In this document: piece after piece, positions 62,641-64,000 of the stretch | Layout: each line of letters starts with the position of its first letter | Numbering within the stretch: position 1 is the first letter of the stretch | Origin: Camelus ferus | Taxonomy: Eukaryota | Reading direction: 5' to 3' | Assembly: GCF_009834535.1 (NCBI RefSeq) | Contig: NC_045697.1 | Coordinates: forward strand, 104,162,001 to 104,226,000 | Length of the DNA stretch: 64,000 bases | Translations under genes and position numbers: made by a program | The notes under the pieces: model-generated | What the model was told of the DNA's origin: nothing | What the model saw: only the letters and a program-made list of their open reading frames with translations | Database searches by the model: none

Positions 62641-64000
62641 CTTCGGTTAAACATTGCTGCGCATGACCATGACCCCCTGATTCCCCCGCCCCTCTAGGAC
62701 TCACAGTCATCTTACAGTTCCAAGGTAACTTGCCAGGAAGCTCAGGCTCCTTTCCAGGTAAAAAGTGCTCAGTTCATTAGGGTCTAATAAGATACACAAA
62801 AGAAAGCTCATTCGTCTTCCTTCTTATACCGTGAGCTTTGGGAGCGCAGACAGCAGCTGTGCTTTATCCACTCTGTTACCTCTCAGGGCATCTAAATACA
62901 GCATTGAAGAGAATGTATACTTTATGATGTTTTTCTGAATGAATGAATCAAAGTGAGTGACAAAAATGGCCCCCCAGTGCTGGATTGTAAAAAATGTTTG
63001 TTTAAAATAGTTGCTGGATTATAAAATTCATTTTTATTTTTATCTATTTTTTTTTTTTTTTTTGAGAGAGGAGAAGCAACTGGTTTGGAGTGACTGTCCA
63101 GGCCTGTGCTTTTCAGAGGTGGTGAGCTTCTGATGCTCTAAGAAAAGAGATCCATTGCCTTCTGCTGACGTTACTAAAGAAGCACTAGGTAAGCAAGCTA
63201 ACAGAGACAGTTGGGTAGGCTGGGCACTGCACCAAGACACCCTGCTGAGGGACAACTGGTGCCTGAAATCTAGGGGTTGTGTTCAACTTGAGGAGGGCTC
63301 TTCTTAACCACACCTAAGAGCTGGATGGGAGAATGAGATCCTGGACTTAAAGTGAAAGGACTAGAATGAATGGAAAAGGATACTGCTGGGACCAGTTTCA
63401 CAGACAATGCCCCAAACATACCTACCCCCCTGTCTGCATCCTGTCCTTTCAAATCATCTTCCCCTTATTTTTTCTCAGTGGTTTTTGAACTTCGTATCAG
63501 CCCTGATGTTTAGACTTTCTCTCTCACACTTAACTTGGCTGGTACAGCTTTAAAGGGATCTGAAAGGGAACAGGCACACACAGGGTCTTTAAACACAATT
63601 GACACAGCCATCTGTCAGGCGCCGAGGCCGTCTGGGAGAGATGCGCTCCATGCTCATCTGGCCAACTGGTTGACTGCAGGACCCTAATCATTACATTATC
63701 GAAGCCAGAGCATCGTCCAGTGCATGAAACTTCAGACATTACTTATGGATGAAATGAGGTCAGAAGAGGTCAGAAAAGACAAGAGATTAGCTGGCCATGC
63801 CAGCTGTCCAAGCTGCCCTTGAGAGATGCAACTAACAGCATCGGAGCTGGGGCTGCAGCTTCTCTTGGAGAAGAGATTCTGTCCACCAGACTCACTGCTG
63901 CTGTGGTGTTGCAACCCTGGGGTGAGTCTTCCGGGCAAAGCAACTCTCCTGAAGAAGGATGCGGGAAAAGCAAGCAAACACAGCTTTTGAAATACGGAAA

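Noticed and set aside
1..64000. Prokaryotic-type systems (operons, CRISPR arrays, defence islands)
   Set aside because: The sequence is mammalian and repeat-rich, with no repeat-spacer array or gene-dense region.

Overview
This is mammalian genomic DNA, most likely camelid (alpaca/llama/camel), judged from three tRNA-Ala-derived Vic-1-type SINEs. I could not recognise any spliced host-gene exon, so the window looks intergenic or deep-intronic. It contains an RPL29 processed retrocopy (1355-1932) with an open frame but an ATG>ACG start. It also contains a full-length, TSD-flanked ~7.07 kb LINE-1 on the minus strand (42715-49781), with ORF1 intact and ORF2 broken by three lesions. The rest is 5'-truncated L1 tails of several ages, an ERV1-type solo LTR, MaLR/MLT LTRs, MER5A1/MER20/MER53 DNA-transposon relics, L2/MIR fragments, microsatellites and several repeat-poor, motif-rich blocks that may be enhancers. 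The most unusual structure is at 10969-11607: U2 snRNA nt 1-57 in antisense, fused head-to-head to an L1 3' fragment inside one target-site duplication, with TTAA microhomology suggesting twin priming in trans on U2 RNA. The L1 also has a ~400 bp inter-ORF spacer carrying a 75-codon ORF that overlaps the ORF2 start. Repeat subfamily names come from recalled consensus similarity, not from a database search, and boundaries of old repeats are approximate.
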